From Nitrososphaerota archaeon (GTDB lineage: Archaea > Thermoproteota > EX4484-205 > JAAOZP01), in assembly GCA_011605725.1 (NCBI GenBank), contig JAAOZP010000009.1, forward strand, positions 64,001 to 128,000: DNA of 64,000 nucleotides, in the 5' to 3' direction. Each line of letters begins with the position of its first letter. Position 1 is the stretch's first letter. Positions 38,233-48,075 of the stretch are shown piece by piece. The position numbers and the translations under genes are program-made. The notes below the pieces were generated by a model, which did not search any database, had not been told where the DNA came from, and was given only the letters and a program-made list of their open reading frames with translations.

Positions 38233-39224
38233 AGGAAATATGGATTGTCGCTGAGGATGTTAGCCGGGCTCCAGGAGTGGACAGGGTTGTTTCCAGAAGC
38301 CGGGGGACAGTGGAGGGTAAGGGTGAAAGCCTTAAGCTGGTGAAATGGTCTTCAGAACCCTATGAGTATGCTGACCCCGGTTCAGCAGTGCTTGAGCTTG
38401 AAGTCAGGAGCTCTAGAGATGAGGAGAATGCTTTGAAGGCTGTGGAGAAAGGCTTTAGAAAAATACTTGTGAAAACATCCGACTGGAAGGTTATTCCTTG
38501 GGAAAACCTAGTCGCTAAGCTGAGGGGCAGGGCTATGATTATTGCTGAGGCTTCCAGCGTGGAGGAGGCTAAGCTCGCCCTCAGGGCTCTTGAGCTTGGG
38601 GTTGACGGTGTGGCTCTGAACATGCCTGTCCGAGACGCTTCAAGAGCTGTGGAGGAGCTTAAGAGTATTGAAGCCATACTGAGTCTCCGGGAGGCTACTG
38701 TAGAGAAGGTTTCTGAGGCTGGTGTCGGGCTCAGAGCATGCATAGATGCCTGCGACACCATGAATCCTGGGGAAGGCATGCTGATAGGAGCGTTTTCTTC
38801 AATACTTGTGCTTGTGGAAGCGGAGGTTGCTGAATCCGGGTTTACGAAGCCGAGGCCCTTCAGGGTTAACGCAGGAGCAGTATCCCAATATGTTCTGTCA
38901 ACTAAGGGTCTTTCACCCTACATCAGCGATCTTAAGTCTGGGGATATTGTACTGGCTGTTTCACGAACAGGTGAGGCTAGGCCTCTCACAATATGCAGGA
39001 TGAAGGTTGAGAGGAGGCCTCTCAGGATGATTGAGGTCTGTTTAAACGGTTCAACCGGGAAAGTGTTTCTGCAGGATGCTGAAACTATAAGGGTGGTGGC
39101 TCCAGAGGGCTCAACGAGCGTTAGAGACCTTAAACCCGGCGACAGGATTCTTGCCTATGCTCAGGCAAGGGTTGGAAGACACTTCGGAACCCCTGTGGAA
39201 GGAGAGCTGATGCTCGAGTTTTGA
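38229..39224 (+). CDS. 3-dehydroquinate synthase II (AroB', MJ1249 family)
   Basis: DWKVIPWENL, RPFRVNAGAV, KVERRPL, LQDAETIR, GRHFG. Confidence 0.93.
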   Translation: MKEIWIVAEDVSRAPGVDRVVSRSRGTVEGKGESLKLVKWSSEPYEYADPGSAVLELEVRSSRDEENALKAVEKGFRKILVKTSDWKVIPWENLVAKLRGRAMIIAEASSVEEAKLALRALELGVDGVALNMPVRDASRAVEELKSIEAILSLREATVEKVSEAGVGLRACIDACDTMNPGEGMLIGAFSSILVLVEAEVAESGFTKPRPFRVNAGAVSQYVLSTKGLSPYISDLKSGDIVLAVSRTGEARPLTICRMKVERRPLRMIEVCLNGSTGKVFLQDAETIRVVAPEGSTSVRDLKPGDRILAYAQARVGRHFGTPVEGELMLEF

Positions 39225-39901
39225 GGCCTAGAATATGTGTTTCAGTGAAGGCAGATAATGCTTCAAGGGTTTCGAGAGCCATCATGGTTGCCGAGAGGCT
39301 TGGCGCCAGCCTTGTTGAGCTCAGGCTTGACCATGCCGGTGAGAAGCAGTATGAGGCTGTTTTGAAAACAGTAGAGTCGTCGCATGTCGGCTGCGTAGCC
39401 ACGATAAGACCCAGCTGGGATGGCGGTGCTTATCATGGTGATGAAAGCAGGAGGTTAAGGCTTTTCGAAAAAGCTTTGGAAGCCCCCTTCAAATATGTGG
39501 ATGTTGAGCAGAAATCCAAGATTGCCAGTATTGTTTCGAGACTCGCCTCAGAAAGGAGTATTGGCCTGATTCTTTCACGCCACGAGTGGGCCGGGACTCC
39601 GGGTGTGAAGACCCTTAGCAAAATTCTTTCAGAGATGAGGAAGAAGGATGCAGATATGTATAAGATTGTCACGAGGGTTAGGAGCCCATTGGACGAGGCG
39701 AACATACTGTTCTTCATCAGCAGTATCCGGGGAAGCAGGGTTGTTTGCTTCGGAATGGGGGAGGAAGGCTTAGTCACGAGAATACTTGCACCCTTGCTCG
39801 GAGGCTTCATGACTTATGCTTCCTACGGGGAGCCTCTTGCACCCGGTCAGCTGAACCTGAGGAGAATGGTCTCAATATACAGGAGAATGGGCGTATGGTA
39901 G
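39221..39901 (+). CDS. aroD: type I 3-dehydroquinate dehydratase
   Basis: VELRLD, ATIR...GG, LSRHE, YKIV, MGEEG, APGQL. Confidence 0.92.
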   Translation: MRPRICVSVKADNASRVSRAIMVAERLGASLVELRLDHAGEKQYEAVLKTVESSHVGCVATIRPSWDGGAYHGDESRRLRLFEKALEAPFKYVDVEQKSKIASIVSRLASERSIGLILSRHEWAGTPGVKTLSKILSEMRKKDADMYKIVTRVRSPLDEANILFFISSIRGSRVVCFGMGEEGLVTRILAPLLGGFMTYASYGEPLAPGQLNLRRMVSIYRRMGVW

Positions 39902-40752
39902 GGTGGCTTCCAACCTCGGAGTCAAGACTCCTCTTCGTGATAGGAGACCCGGTTTCACATTCAGTGAGCCCGGCGATGCATAACAGGGCTATAAGAAGAC
40001 TTGGCATAGACGCTGTCTACCTTGCTCTAAGAGTAACCGGCGAAATGCTCGGGTTCTTCGTCTCCCTTTGCAGGCTTAACAGGGTGCTGGGTTTCAACGT
40101 AACCATACCGCATAAGATTGCTGTAGCAAGCCTCGTCGACAGGCTGGACGACTCTGCAGAGCTAACCGGCTGCGTCAACACGGTTAGGGTAAGAGAAGGG
40201 TTTCTCGAGGGTTTTAACACGGATGTGGCTGGGGTTGAGAAATCCTTGAGAAACGCTGGCTTCAAGGGTGGTGGTGTTGCGGCAGTCGTAGGCGCCGGCG
40301 GGGGTGCTAGGGCCGCTGTCTTAGCGTTGCTTTCAATGGGGTGCAGGGTGGTTGTGTTGAACAGGAGTCGTGCGAGGGCGCTTGAGCTGGAGAAACACTT
40401 CTCCGGAAAAGGCTTTAAGGTTGAGACGCTTGGTTTAGAGAATGCTCAACGAGTGTTTAAGGAGGCTGACCTTATCGTTAACGCGACGCCAGTAGGCATG
40501 GGGAACAGTGTTGAAACGCCTTTCCCCGTAGAGTTCCTCAGAAGGGGTCAGACTCTTCTAGACATGGTTTATACCCCGCATCCTACAAGGCTCGTCAAGG
40601 AGGCTTCTGAAAAAGGGTTGAACGCTGTGCCCGGTGTCGAAATGCTTATTCACCAGGCTGCTGAAAGCTTCGAAATATGGTTTGGAATGAAGCCGCCCAT
40701 GGAGGAGATGAGGGATGAAGCCTTAAGGAGGCTCAGGATTGAGCAGGGCTAG
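39895..40752 (+). CDS. aroE: shikimate dehydrogenase
   Basis: HSVSPAMHN, NVTIPHK, NTD, GAGGGARA, MLIHQA. Confidence 0.95.
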   Translation: MVGWLPTSESRLLFVIGDPVSHSVSPAMHNRAIRRLGIDAVYLALRVTGEMLGFFVSLCRLNRVLGFNVTIPHKIAVASLVDRLDDSAELTGCVNTVRVREGFLEGFNTDVAGVEKSLRNAGFKGGGVAAVVGAGGGARAAVLALLSMGCRVVVLNRSRARALELEKHFSGKGFKVETLGLENAQRVFKEADLIVNATPVGMGNSVETPFPVEFLRRGQTLLDMVYTPHPTRLVKEASEKGLNAVPGVEMLIHQAAESFEIWFGMKPPMEEMRDEALRRLRIEQG

Positions 40753-41587
40753 GGTTCACGGTGCAGTAAGCATTGTCAACGCGATGGCGAATGGTCTTGG
40801 CGCAGCCCTAGGGGTTGGGCTTAGGGTTGAAGCAAGCTGCCGGCTGGTTGAGAAACCCGTGTTCAGAATACGCTCGGGAGGGAGGCTTCTCAAATCGGGC
40901 AGCCTGCCTGAGAAGGTTTGCAGACTAATACTCAGGGACTACGGTTTGCAGAAGGGCTGTGAGGTAAACGTTTACTCTGAAATACCTGCAAGGAAAGGGT
41001 TGAAGTCGAGCAGCGCCGTTTCCTCAGCAGTTGCCCTCGCATGCCTTAAAGAGGTTACTGGAGAAGCTGAACTCATGGAAGCAGTCAAGTACTCTGTTGA
41101 GGCAAGTATTCAGACAGGAGTGTCGGCGACGGGGGCTTTCGACGATGCTTCAGCATGCCTCCTAGGCGGGATGGTGGTGACGAATAATTTCGAGAGGAAG
41201 CTTATTGCGAGGAGAATTGTCGACAATAGTCTTAGGGTCATCATACTGATACCTCCAGGCGGAATGCTCAGCGGGAGGGTTGACACTAGTCTGTTCAAGC
41301 CTGTTGAACCCTTAATGAGGCTTGCCCACAGGCTGGCTTTAAACGGTGAGGAGTGGCTGGCGATGACTTTAAACGGGCTTGCTGTTTCAACAGCCCTCAG
41401 CCTAGATGCGAAGCCAGCCTTAGAAGCGTTGAAGAACGGTGCTATTGCCGCGGGTGTTTCCGGAAAAGGGCCTGCTGTGGCTGCCGTAGTAAGGCCTCAG
41501 GATGTTGAAGAAGTTGGTAAAGCCCTCTCAAGGTTCGGCAGGATTGTTGAAACAGGTGTGTGCAACGAGAATGCAAGCGTCGAGTAA
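40739..41587 (+). CDS. aroK: archaeal (GHMP-type) shikimate kinase
   Basis: GAVSIVNA, GLKSSSA, TGAFDDA, SGKGPA. Confidence 0.93.
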   Translation: MSRARVHGAVSIVNAMANGLGAALGVGLRVEASCRLVEKPVFRIRSGGRLLKSGSLPEKVCRLILRDYGLQKGCEVNVYSEIPARKGLKSSSAVSSAVALACLKEVTGEAELMEAVKYSVEASIQTGVSATGAFDDASACLLGGMVVTNNFERKLIARRIVDNSLRVIILIPPGGMLSGRVDTSLFKPVEPLMRLAHRLALNGEEWLAMTLNGLAVSTALSLDAKPALEALKNGAIAAGVSGKGPAVAAVVRPQDVEEVGKALSRFGRIVETGVCNENASVE

Positions 41588-42854
41588 CGTGTTAAAAGTT
41601 AAGGGTGGGCTGACTGGAAGCATCAGCTATATGGCTCCACCGTCGAAATCCTATTCTCACAGGAGCCTCCTGATATCAGCCGTCTCCAAAGGAGTTTCAA
41701 GAATAACCGGGGTCTCAAAATGTGACGATGTGGAAGCAACTCTGAGAGCACTAAGCCTAATGGGCATACCTGTCTCAACACGCGGCGGGGAAATGCTTGT
41801 TGAAGGCGGGGAGCTCCAGAGTCCGGCGGGGGAAGTCTACTGCGGCGGCTCAGCCTCAACACTCAGAATGCTCGCGCCGGTTTTAGCAGCTAAATCCTCT
41901 TACGCTGTTTACACTGGTGACGAGAGCCTTAGGAGAAGGCCTGTCAGAATGCTTGAGGAAGCATTCACCATGCTAGGTGTTGAAGCGAGCTCGGTGAACG
42001 GGAAGCCTCCTTTAAAAGTTAGGAGCAGCGGCTTCAAGAGTAACACTGTTCTCTTAGATGCTTCAGAATCCAGCCAGCATGTTTCAGGCTTCCTGATCGC
42101 CGGAGCCAGGCTTGAAAACGGGTTCCGCATTGTTTTGAAAAACAAGGTGCTCGTCTCAAAGCCTTACGTGGACCTTACTCTGAGAATGCTTCGTATGCAC
42201 GGGGTTGAAACACGCGTATGCGAAGATTCTATAACGGTTGAACCCGGATCGCTTAAGCCTTTTAACCATACTGTTCCAGGCGACTATTCTCTTTCAGCAA
42301 TACCATTAGTCATGGCGGCGGTTTCAGGCATTACTGTTAAGATTCATGGGCTGGTGGATGAGCCTCAGCCAGATAGAGAGGTTGTTGAAATACTCAGGCG
42401 CATGGGGCTTAAAATATGCTGGTCGGGCAATACGCTTATAGCTGAGAACACTGGCCTCCTAAAAGCATGCGTAATAGACTGCTCGGGAAACCCGGATCTT
42501 GTTCCGGCTCTAGCGCTTGCCGCGACAGCGGCGGAGGGTGAGACGGTTCTGAGTAACGTTGGCAGGCTTGAGGCGAAGGAGTCGGCGAGGGCGACACTGA
42601 TCACTAGGGCTCTTTCAAAAATGGGTGTGAAAATTTTTTTCAACGGCAACAATATTCTGGTTAAGGGACCCTGCAGGTTGAGGGGTGCAACTGTTGACGC
42701 TGGCAGCGACCACAGGATAGAAATGATGCTCATAATGGCTGGGGCTGCGGCTGAGGGTGAGACAACCATACTCAACGCGGGCTCAGTCTCAAAGTCTAAC
42801 CCTGGTTTTTACAGCTGGGTCTTAGAGACGGGAGTTGACCTTAAATGGGTTTAA
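41571..42854 (+). CDS. aroA: EPSP synthase
   Basis: PPSKSYSHR, SSQHVS, KES, DHR. Confidence 0.93.
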   Translation: MQASSNVLKVKGGLTGSISYMAPPSKSYSHRSLLISAVSKGVSRITGVSKCDDVEATLRALSLMGIPVSTRGGEMLVEGGELQSPAGEVYCGGSASTLRMLAPVLAAKSSYAVYTGDESLRRRPVRMLEEAFTMLGVEASSVNGKPPLKVRSSGFKSNTVLLDASESSQHVSGFLIAGARLENGFRIVLKNKVLVSKPYVDLTLRMLRMHGVETRVCEDSITVEPGSLKPFNHTVPGDYSLSAIPLVMAAVSGITVKIHGLVDEPQPDREVVEILRRMGLKICWSGNTLIAENTGLLKACVIDCSGNPDLVPALALAATAAEGETVLSNVGRLEAKESARATLITRALSKMGVKIFFNGNNILVKGPCRLRGATVDAGSDHRIEMMLIMAGAAAEGETTILNAGSVSKSNPGFYSWVLETGVDLKWV

Positions 42855-43939
42855 ACACTCTAGGCCGGCTGGTCGTGTTCAGCTTCTTCGGGGAAAGCCA
42901 TGGGCAGCTCGTAGGCTCGCTTATACAGGGTTTTCCAGCTGGCTTAAGGGTTGACGAGGACAGGATTAGACTCAACCTTTCCCGCAGAAGAGCCGGATAC
43001 GGCTCAACAACGAGGATTGAGGAGGATTCTTTTGAAATCCTCAGCGGAGTTTTCAAAGGCTTCACTACCGGGGCTCCACTGCTCATAGTTGTTTGGAACA
43101 CTGAGGCTGACCAGGGTTTCTACGAGAGGGTCAAGACCACTCCCAGGCCGAGTCACGTCGACTATCCTTACAGGGTGAGGTATGGAGGCTTCAACGACTA
43201 TAGGGGAGGAGGCTTCTCCTCCGGAAGGTTTACTGCAGGCTGGGTTGCAGCAGGCTCGCTCGCAGCCCAGCTTCTAGAGAGAAAAGGAGTTAAAATATAT
43301 GCGCACGTAACCAGGATAGGTGGGGCCAGCTATAGGGGTGAGCCGAGCGAGGAGGATTTGAAAAAGGTTTACGAGTCCCCAGTAAGGTGCGTAGACCCTG
43401 ATGCTTCAAGGATGATGATGAGGGAGATAGACGAGGCTTTACGTGAAAGAGATAGTGTAGGAGGAGTTGTGGAATGCAGGATATACGGTGTGCCACCGGG
43501 AATTGGAGACCCGCTTTTTGAAGGGCTCGACGTGGAGCTTGCGAGAGCAGTGATGTCCATCCCTGGTGTTAAGGGAGTGGAGTTCGGCAGGGGTTTTGAA
43601 GCCTCCTGCATGAGGGGAAGCGTGTTCAACGATGAGCTTACCGTCAGGGATGGGAGGATTGAGGTTGCGGGTGTCAGCGACGGCGGTGTTGTCGGCGGTG
43701 TTTCAACGGGAAGCATGATAGTTTTCAGAGCAGCTTTTAAGCCTACCCCATCCATAACGAGGGTTCAGCGCACGGTTAACCTTGAGGAGATGAGGAGTGT
43801 CAACCTGGATCTCTCGGGAGGAAGGTTCGACGTCTGCATCGCTCCCAGGGCTGTTCCAGTGGTTGAAGCAGTCTCCGCAATGGTTCTCATAGACCATTAC
43901 GCTAGAGCCGGCCTAATCGGAAGGGTGGTTAAGGATTGA
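42845..43939 (+). CDS. aroC: chorismate synthase
   Basis: FGESHG, RPSHVD, DSVGG, FKPTPSI. Confidence 0.95.
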   Translation: MGLNTLGRLVVFSFFGESHGQLVGSLIQGFPAGLRVDEDRIRLNLSRRRAGYGSTTRIEEDSFEILSGVFKGFTTGAPLLIVVWNTEADQGFYERVKTTPRPSHVDYPYRVRYGGFNDYRGGGFSSGRFTAGWVAAGSLAAQLLERKGVKIYAHVTRIGGASYRGEPSEEDLKKVYESPVRCVDPDASRMMMREIDEALRERDSVGGVVECRIYGVPPGIGDPLFEGLDVELARAVMSIPGVKGVEFGRGFEASCMRGSVFNDELTVRDGRIEVAGVSDGGVVGGVSTGSMIVFRAAFKPTPSITRVQRTVNLEEMRSVNLDLSGGRFDVCIAPRAVPVVEAVSAMVLIDHYARAGLIGRVVKD

Positions 43940-45012
43940 GCATTGAGGAGCTGAGAAGAATGATGGATAAGGTTGACGAGAAAATTGTCGACGCTATTGC
44001 TGAAAGAATAAGGGTTGCGAGAATGATAGGTGTAGAGAAGAAGAGACGGGGGCTTCGCGTGGTTGACGAGAAGAGGGAGAAAGAGGTTTACAAGCATGTT
44101 CTCGAAAAAGCCTCTGCGAAACGTTTAGACCCAAAGCTGGTTGAAAAGGTTTTCAGCATTCTCATAGACTACAGCAGGAGGATCCAGGGATTTTTTAAAG
44201 TCGCCTACCTGGGGCCGGGAGGCTCGTTCACGATGGAGGCTGCTGAGAAATATTTCTCAGGGAAGCCTTACGCTCTCCAGCCCTACCCTACGATTAGAAG
44301 CGTGTTTAAAAGCGTTGAGGAGGATGAGGCAGACTACGGGGTTGTGCCTGTTGAAAACAGCCTGGAGGGCCCTGTTTCCGAGACTCTTGACTGCCTAGCC
44401 TCCTCCAGCCTCAGCATCGTTGGCGAGGAGGTTTTGAAAATAGCGTTCCACCTTTCATCAAAGGAGAGGAGGCTTGAAGACGTTAAGATTGTTTTCTCCA
44501 ATCCTCACGCGCTCGCACAGGTCAGGATGTTTCTAGACAGGGTTATGCCCGACGCAAGGATAAGGGAGGTTTCAAGCACTTCTAAAGCTGCCTTGATGGC
44601 TGCTAAAACCAGGGGTGGGGCTGCAGTGTGTTCCGAGGCTGCTGCAAGAGAATACGGCTTAAGAATCTTAGCTAGAAATATTCAAGACGAGCGGGAGAAC
44701 TATACTCGCTTCCTAGTCCTCTCCAGAGAAGCCTCTGAAAGGTTTAAGGGTGCTGCGAGAACAATGCTGATAATGATTCTTGAGCATAAGCCCGGTTCAC
44801 TCTACAGGGCTCTCGGAGTGTTCGCGAAGCATGGTTTAAACCTGACTAGAATAGAGTCTAGGCCTGTCAGGGGAAAACCATGGGAATACATGTTTCTAGT
44901 AGAGTTTGAAGGCGCTTCTTGGGACCCTGGTGTGCGCAGGGCGCTGGAGAAGCTTAAGCGTAAGGCTGTGGAGACCAGGCTACTCGGCTCCTACAGGCCT
45001 GCTGGACACTAG
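43936..45012 (+). CDS. pheA: bifunctional chorismate mutase / prephenate dehydratase
   Basis: N-terminal AroQ helices; YLGPGGSF, PVENSLEG, NYTRF, LTRIESRP. Confidence 0.95.
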   Translation: MSIEELRRMMDKVDEKIVDAIAERIRVARMIGVEKKRRGLRVVDEKREKEVYKHVLEKASAKRLDPKLVEKVFSILIDYSRRIQGFFKVAYLGPGGSFTMEAAEKYFSGKPYALQPYPTIRSVFKSVEEDEADYGVVPVENSLEGPVSETLDCLASSSLSIVGEEVLKIAFHLSSKERRLEDVKIVFSNPHALAQVRMFLDRVMPDARIREVSSTSKAALMAAKTRGGAAVCSEAAAREYGLRILARNIQDERENYTRFLVLSREASERFKGAARTMLIMILEHKPGSLYRALGVFAKHGLNLTRIESRPVRGKPWEYMFLVEFEGASWDPGVRRALEKLKRKAVETRLLGSYRPAGH

Positions 45013-45092
45013 GCTTCACAGGGTTTAGAAGACTGTCAACACGTCTTTTCCAAACCGTCTGAAGACTTTAGACACGATGTTTTTATATTCCT

Positions 45093-45875
45093 ATGGCTGG
45101 TTTAAAGCTCGTGGCGGAGGACGGCCTTGAGAAGGTTATACTGGCCCTCTCATACGGTAAGAGGAGAGCCCTGCTGATGAAGCTAGGGGAATCCGGTCCG
45201 ATGAGCATTAAGGATCTTAAAAGGGAGCTGGGCCTGAGCACGGGCAGCCTCTACCATAATCTTCTCGCCCTCGGAGAGCTCGTTGAGCAGACCAGCGATA
45301 AGAAGTATGTTTTAAGCGAGCAGGGCATGAGAGTCTACTCGGCTTTGAAATCAGGATTATTACCGCCTCCAACATCCGGGGAGCTTCCAAGGGTTTTTGA
45401 AACACTCGTGCCAGTATGGTTCTTCACAGGAATGCCGAGCAGAATGATGACGCCGATGGCTACGTTAATAGTGCTCAGCCTCTCAGCGTCAAGCCTCTAC
45501 ACTAAGATGGGCATCGCCCTCCTGATCCCGGTTGCCAACGTAAGCTTCTCGTCAACACTGGGCAGCGTCGCCCTAAGCCTATTATTAGCCTACCTTATCC
45601 CGAGAACGGTTTTCCAGAAGAGGACTGTTGAAACAGGCTTCCTGACAGCCCTACCGTTCTGCTTTCTTCCTCAACTTTTTTTCAGCCTGATCCTGGTGGT
45701 TTCAAACCCGCCCAGCATAGTAACAGGGCTTATTCAAATAGTCTCCGGAGGCTTAAGCGCCCTCCTGCTTTCAGCAGCAATAGTATGCTGGTTTAAGGCA
45801 AGCCCCCAGGCAGCGATGCTCTCCTCATTCCTAATGCTGTATTTAGGAGCAGCTATTCAACAATTCATGGCTTAG
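45093..45875 (+). CDS. winged-helix (ArsR-like) protein fused to a multi-pass membrane domain
   Basis: RRALL...LGLSTGSLYHNL...KYVLSEQG followed by about 5 hydrophobic segments. Confidence 0.8.
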   Translation: MAGLKLVAEDGLEKVILALSYGKRRALLMKLGESGPMSIKDLKRELGLSTGSLYHNLLALGELVEQTSDKKYVLSEQGMRVYSALKSGLLPPPTSGELPRVFETLVPVWFFTGMPSRMMTPMATLIVLSLSASSLYTKMGIALLIPVANVSFSSTLGSVALSLLLAYLIPRTVFQKRTVETGFLTALPFCFLPQLFFSLILVVSNPPSIVTGLIQIVSGGLSALLLSAAIVCWFKASPQAAMLSSFLMLYLGAAIQQFMA

Positions 45876-45992
45876 CCTACATTTGTAAAGGAATATCTAA
45901 AAACCTTTGGAGCATGTTAATCCGCGCCAGTTAAGCGTGTCGCCATACTTCTTAACGCTGCTCGACAAAAGCATGTGAAGCAGCTTACACGC

Positions 45993-46811
45993 CTACTCCT
46001 TAAGCTTCTTAACATACTCGTGAAGAGGCTCCAGAATAACTATTCCCTCCAGAGGCTTAATCTCATACACGTAAGGCGTTAAATCAACCCTAGTCCACCT
46101 TAGCTTCCTAACCATGAGAGTCCTCAAATTCCTGTTTTCAACACTGGTTATCGACAGCTTAATGATTCCTGAGGAGAGGAACTCTTCCACTCCAAACCTG
46201 CTTAGAAGCCCACTGCCAGTAGGAACCTCGCTGGTTATGATAGTGGTGCATCCGAGAAACTTTTCCACGGCAGTGACGAAACCCCTTATGAAGTCCCTCG
46301 TCCAGGAAACGTCGACAACCTCTCCGACGAGCGGTGCAACAGGATCTATGACGAGCCTCTTAGCCCCTATTTCTGAAACATGCCTCTTAAGCTCCTTAAC
46401 GATCTCCCTCACAACCTCAGCCATAAACTTCTCCCTCGTAACCTCGGCGAAGAAGGGCCTAGCATCCAGTATTCTAAGCATGTTTCTCCTCATCGGCGTC
46501 TCAAGATCCCAGCCGAGCGTCAAAGCTCCCTCAACAGTGCCCTCAACAGTCTCGTCGAAAGGAACGTAGACACACGGCTCACCTATTTCAATACCCTTCA
46601 GAATGAACCTGAGGCTGAAAATAGTTTTACCCGTGCCGGTTTCACCGGCAACCAGGTACGTCTTACCCCTCAACAGGCCCCCGTCAATAATCTTGTCTAA
46701 ACCAGTTATGCCGGTCGGGGTTCTCAAAGAGTATTCTTGAGCATGCTCCTCTTCAGCCTCCTCGACCGGCGGCGGAGGCAGATTCTCATCCTCCTTCCTT
46801 CTTATGAGCAT
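45993..46811 (-). CDS. KaiC/RAD55-family RecA-superfamily ATPase
   Basis: TGITGLD, GETGTGKT, RLVIDP, VEEFLSSG, VRKLR. Confidence 0.92.
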   Translation of the reverse strand: MLIRRKEDENLPPPPVEEAEEEHAQEYSLRTPTGITGLDKIIDGGLLRGKTYLVAGETGTGKTIFSLRFILKGIEIGEPCVYVPFDETVEGTVEGALTLGWDLETPMRRNMLRILDARPFFAEVTREKFMAEVVREIVKELKRHVSEIGAKRLVIDPVAPLVGEVVDVSWTRDFIRGFVTAVEKFLGCTTIITSEVPTGSGLLSRFGVEEFLSSGIIKLSITSVENRNLRTLMVRKLRWTRVDLTPYVYEIKPLEGIVILEPLHEYVKKLKE

Positions 46812-47232
46812 GCTTCAGCCTAATAGGAGAACGTTTAAATGTCTTTTTCAACCTCCGTTACCCGGTGTAAACATGCTATTTCTCCAAAGACTCGGTGAAG
46901 CGAAACTTTCTCTGGACTTTAAAGGCCTTTCTTGAGTTGCTGAAAGCGATACTCAAAAATATTTCTGGAAACATTCGCGGGCTGCTGAGAAACGTTTTCC
47001 TAGAACGCGTGGAGCTCCGTTTAGAAACCTGTTAAGCAGGAAGCTGAAAGCATAGCTAGAGAAACATGGCTTATCTAACGGATACTGGGTTAACAAAAAT
47101 CTACGGCTCGCTTGAGTGTGCGTTAAGCAGGTTGATAGGGATCACGCGCCCTTAGCGACCCTCAGCACCATCCTTATCTTTTCAATCATAAAACATCTAC
47201 GCTTAAATAGCTAAGCGAGCATTATCGGGCAG

Positions 47233-48075
47233 ATGAATAATCTGAGGGAGGAGTTCATAGAGCTTCTGGAGAAAGATAAGGAGTTCCGTTACGCAGTTGC
47301 AGGCTACTTAGGATTATCTGAGATTTTGAAGAGGCTGGACAGGCTGGAGGAGGGTCAGAAAGGGCTTTGGGAGAGCCAGAACAGGCTTTGGGAGAACCAG
47401 AACAGGCTTTGGGAAGAGGTTAAGGCCCTTAGAGAGGGCCAGGAGAAGCTGTGGGAAAGCCAGAATAAGCTTTGGGAGGAGGTTAAAGCCCTTAGGGATG
47501 GCCAGAACAAGCTGTGGGAGGAAGTTAAGAGTTTGAGAGAAGGCCAGAACAAGCTGTGGGAGGAAGTTAAGAGTTTGAGAGAAGGCCAGAACAAGCTGTG
47601 GGAGAACCAGAACAGGCTTTGGGAAGAGGTTAAGGCTTTAAGGATTAACTATAGGCGGTTGGATAGGACGGTGGAGTCCTTAAGGGACTCGATGGTACAC
47701 GGGTTCGGCGAGTTAAGCAGGTTCGCCGGCTTGACTTTCGAGGAGTTCGCCAGAAGATTCCTATCTCAATACTTGAGGAGTATGAACGTTATTCCAAAGG
47801 ATGCGGAGTTGAAGAAGGCGGTTATCGACGGTGAGGAGATAAACATGTTTTTCGAAAACCCTCTCATCGTCGGGGAGGTAACATCCCATGCTGAAAGCCT
47901 TGAAGAAGTCGATAAGCTTATGAGGAAAGCCGAGGCTGCTAGAAGCAAGTATAAGAGGGAGCCGTTGAAATACCTAGTAGTCTTAACGGCTGGAAGAGAA
48001 ATCGCGAAGGAAATAAGGAAAAAGGCAGAGGAGAGCATGATTGAACTGATAATTGGGAAAGAGATAGAAGATTAA
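47233..48075 (+). CDS. DUF3782-like coiled-coil repeat protein with possible PD-(D/E)xK-like C-terminal domain
   Basis: LLEKDKEFRYAVAGYLG N-terminus, heptad repeats EGQNKLWEEVKSLR, EIN...VGEVT. Confidence 0.8.
   Translation: MNNLREEFIELLEKDKEFRYAVAGYLGLSEILKRLDRLEEGQKGLWESQNRLWENQNRLWEEVKALREGQEKLWESQNKLWEEVKALRDGQNKLWEEVKSLREGQNKLWEEVKSLREGQNKLWENQNRLWEEVKALRINYRRLDRTVESLRDSMVHGFGELSRFAGLTFEEFARRFLSQYLRSMNVIPKDAELKKAVIDGEEINMFFENPLIVGEVTSHAESLEEVDKLMRKAEAARSKYKREPLKYLVVLTAGREIAKEIRKKAEESMIELIIGKEIED
47350..47640 (+). repeat. intragenic 21/42-bp tandem repeats
   Basis: Exact 42-bp units start at 47500 and 47542, partial at 47584; further degenerate 21-bp units. Confidence 0.9.

Noticed and set aside
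46812-47232. Hairpins and an AGAAACATGGCTTA segment reminiscent of an RNase P RNA 3' end
   Set aside because: No matching 5' P4 strand (GAGGAA.. motif) and no SRP helix 8 motif found.
47350-47640. Regularly spaced repeats as a CRISPR array
   Set aside because: No unique spacers; repeats are in-frame heptads of a protein; no cas genes.
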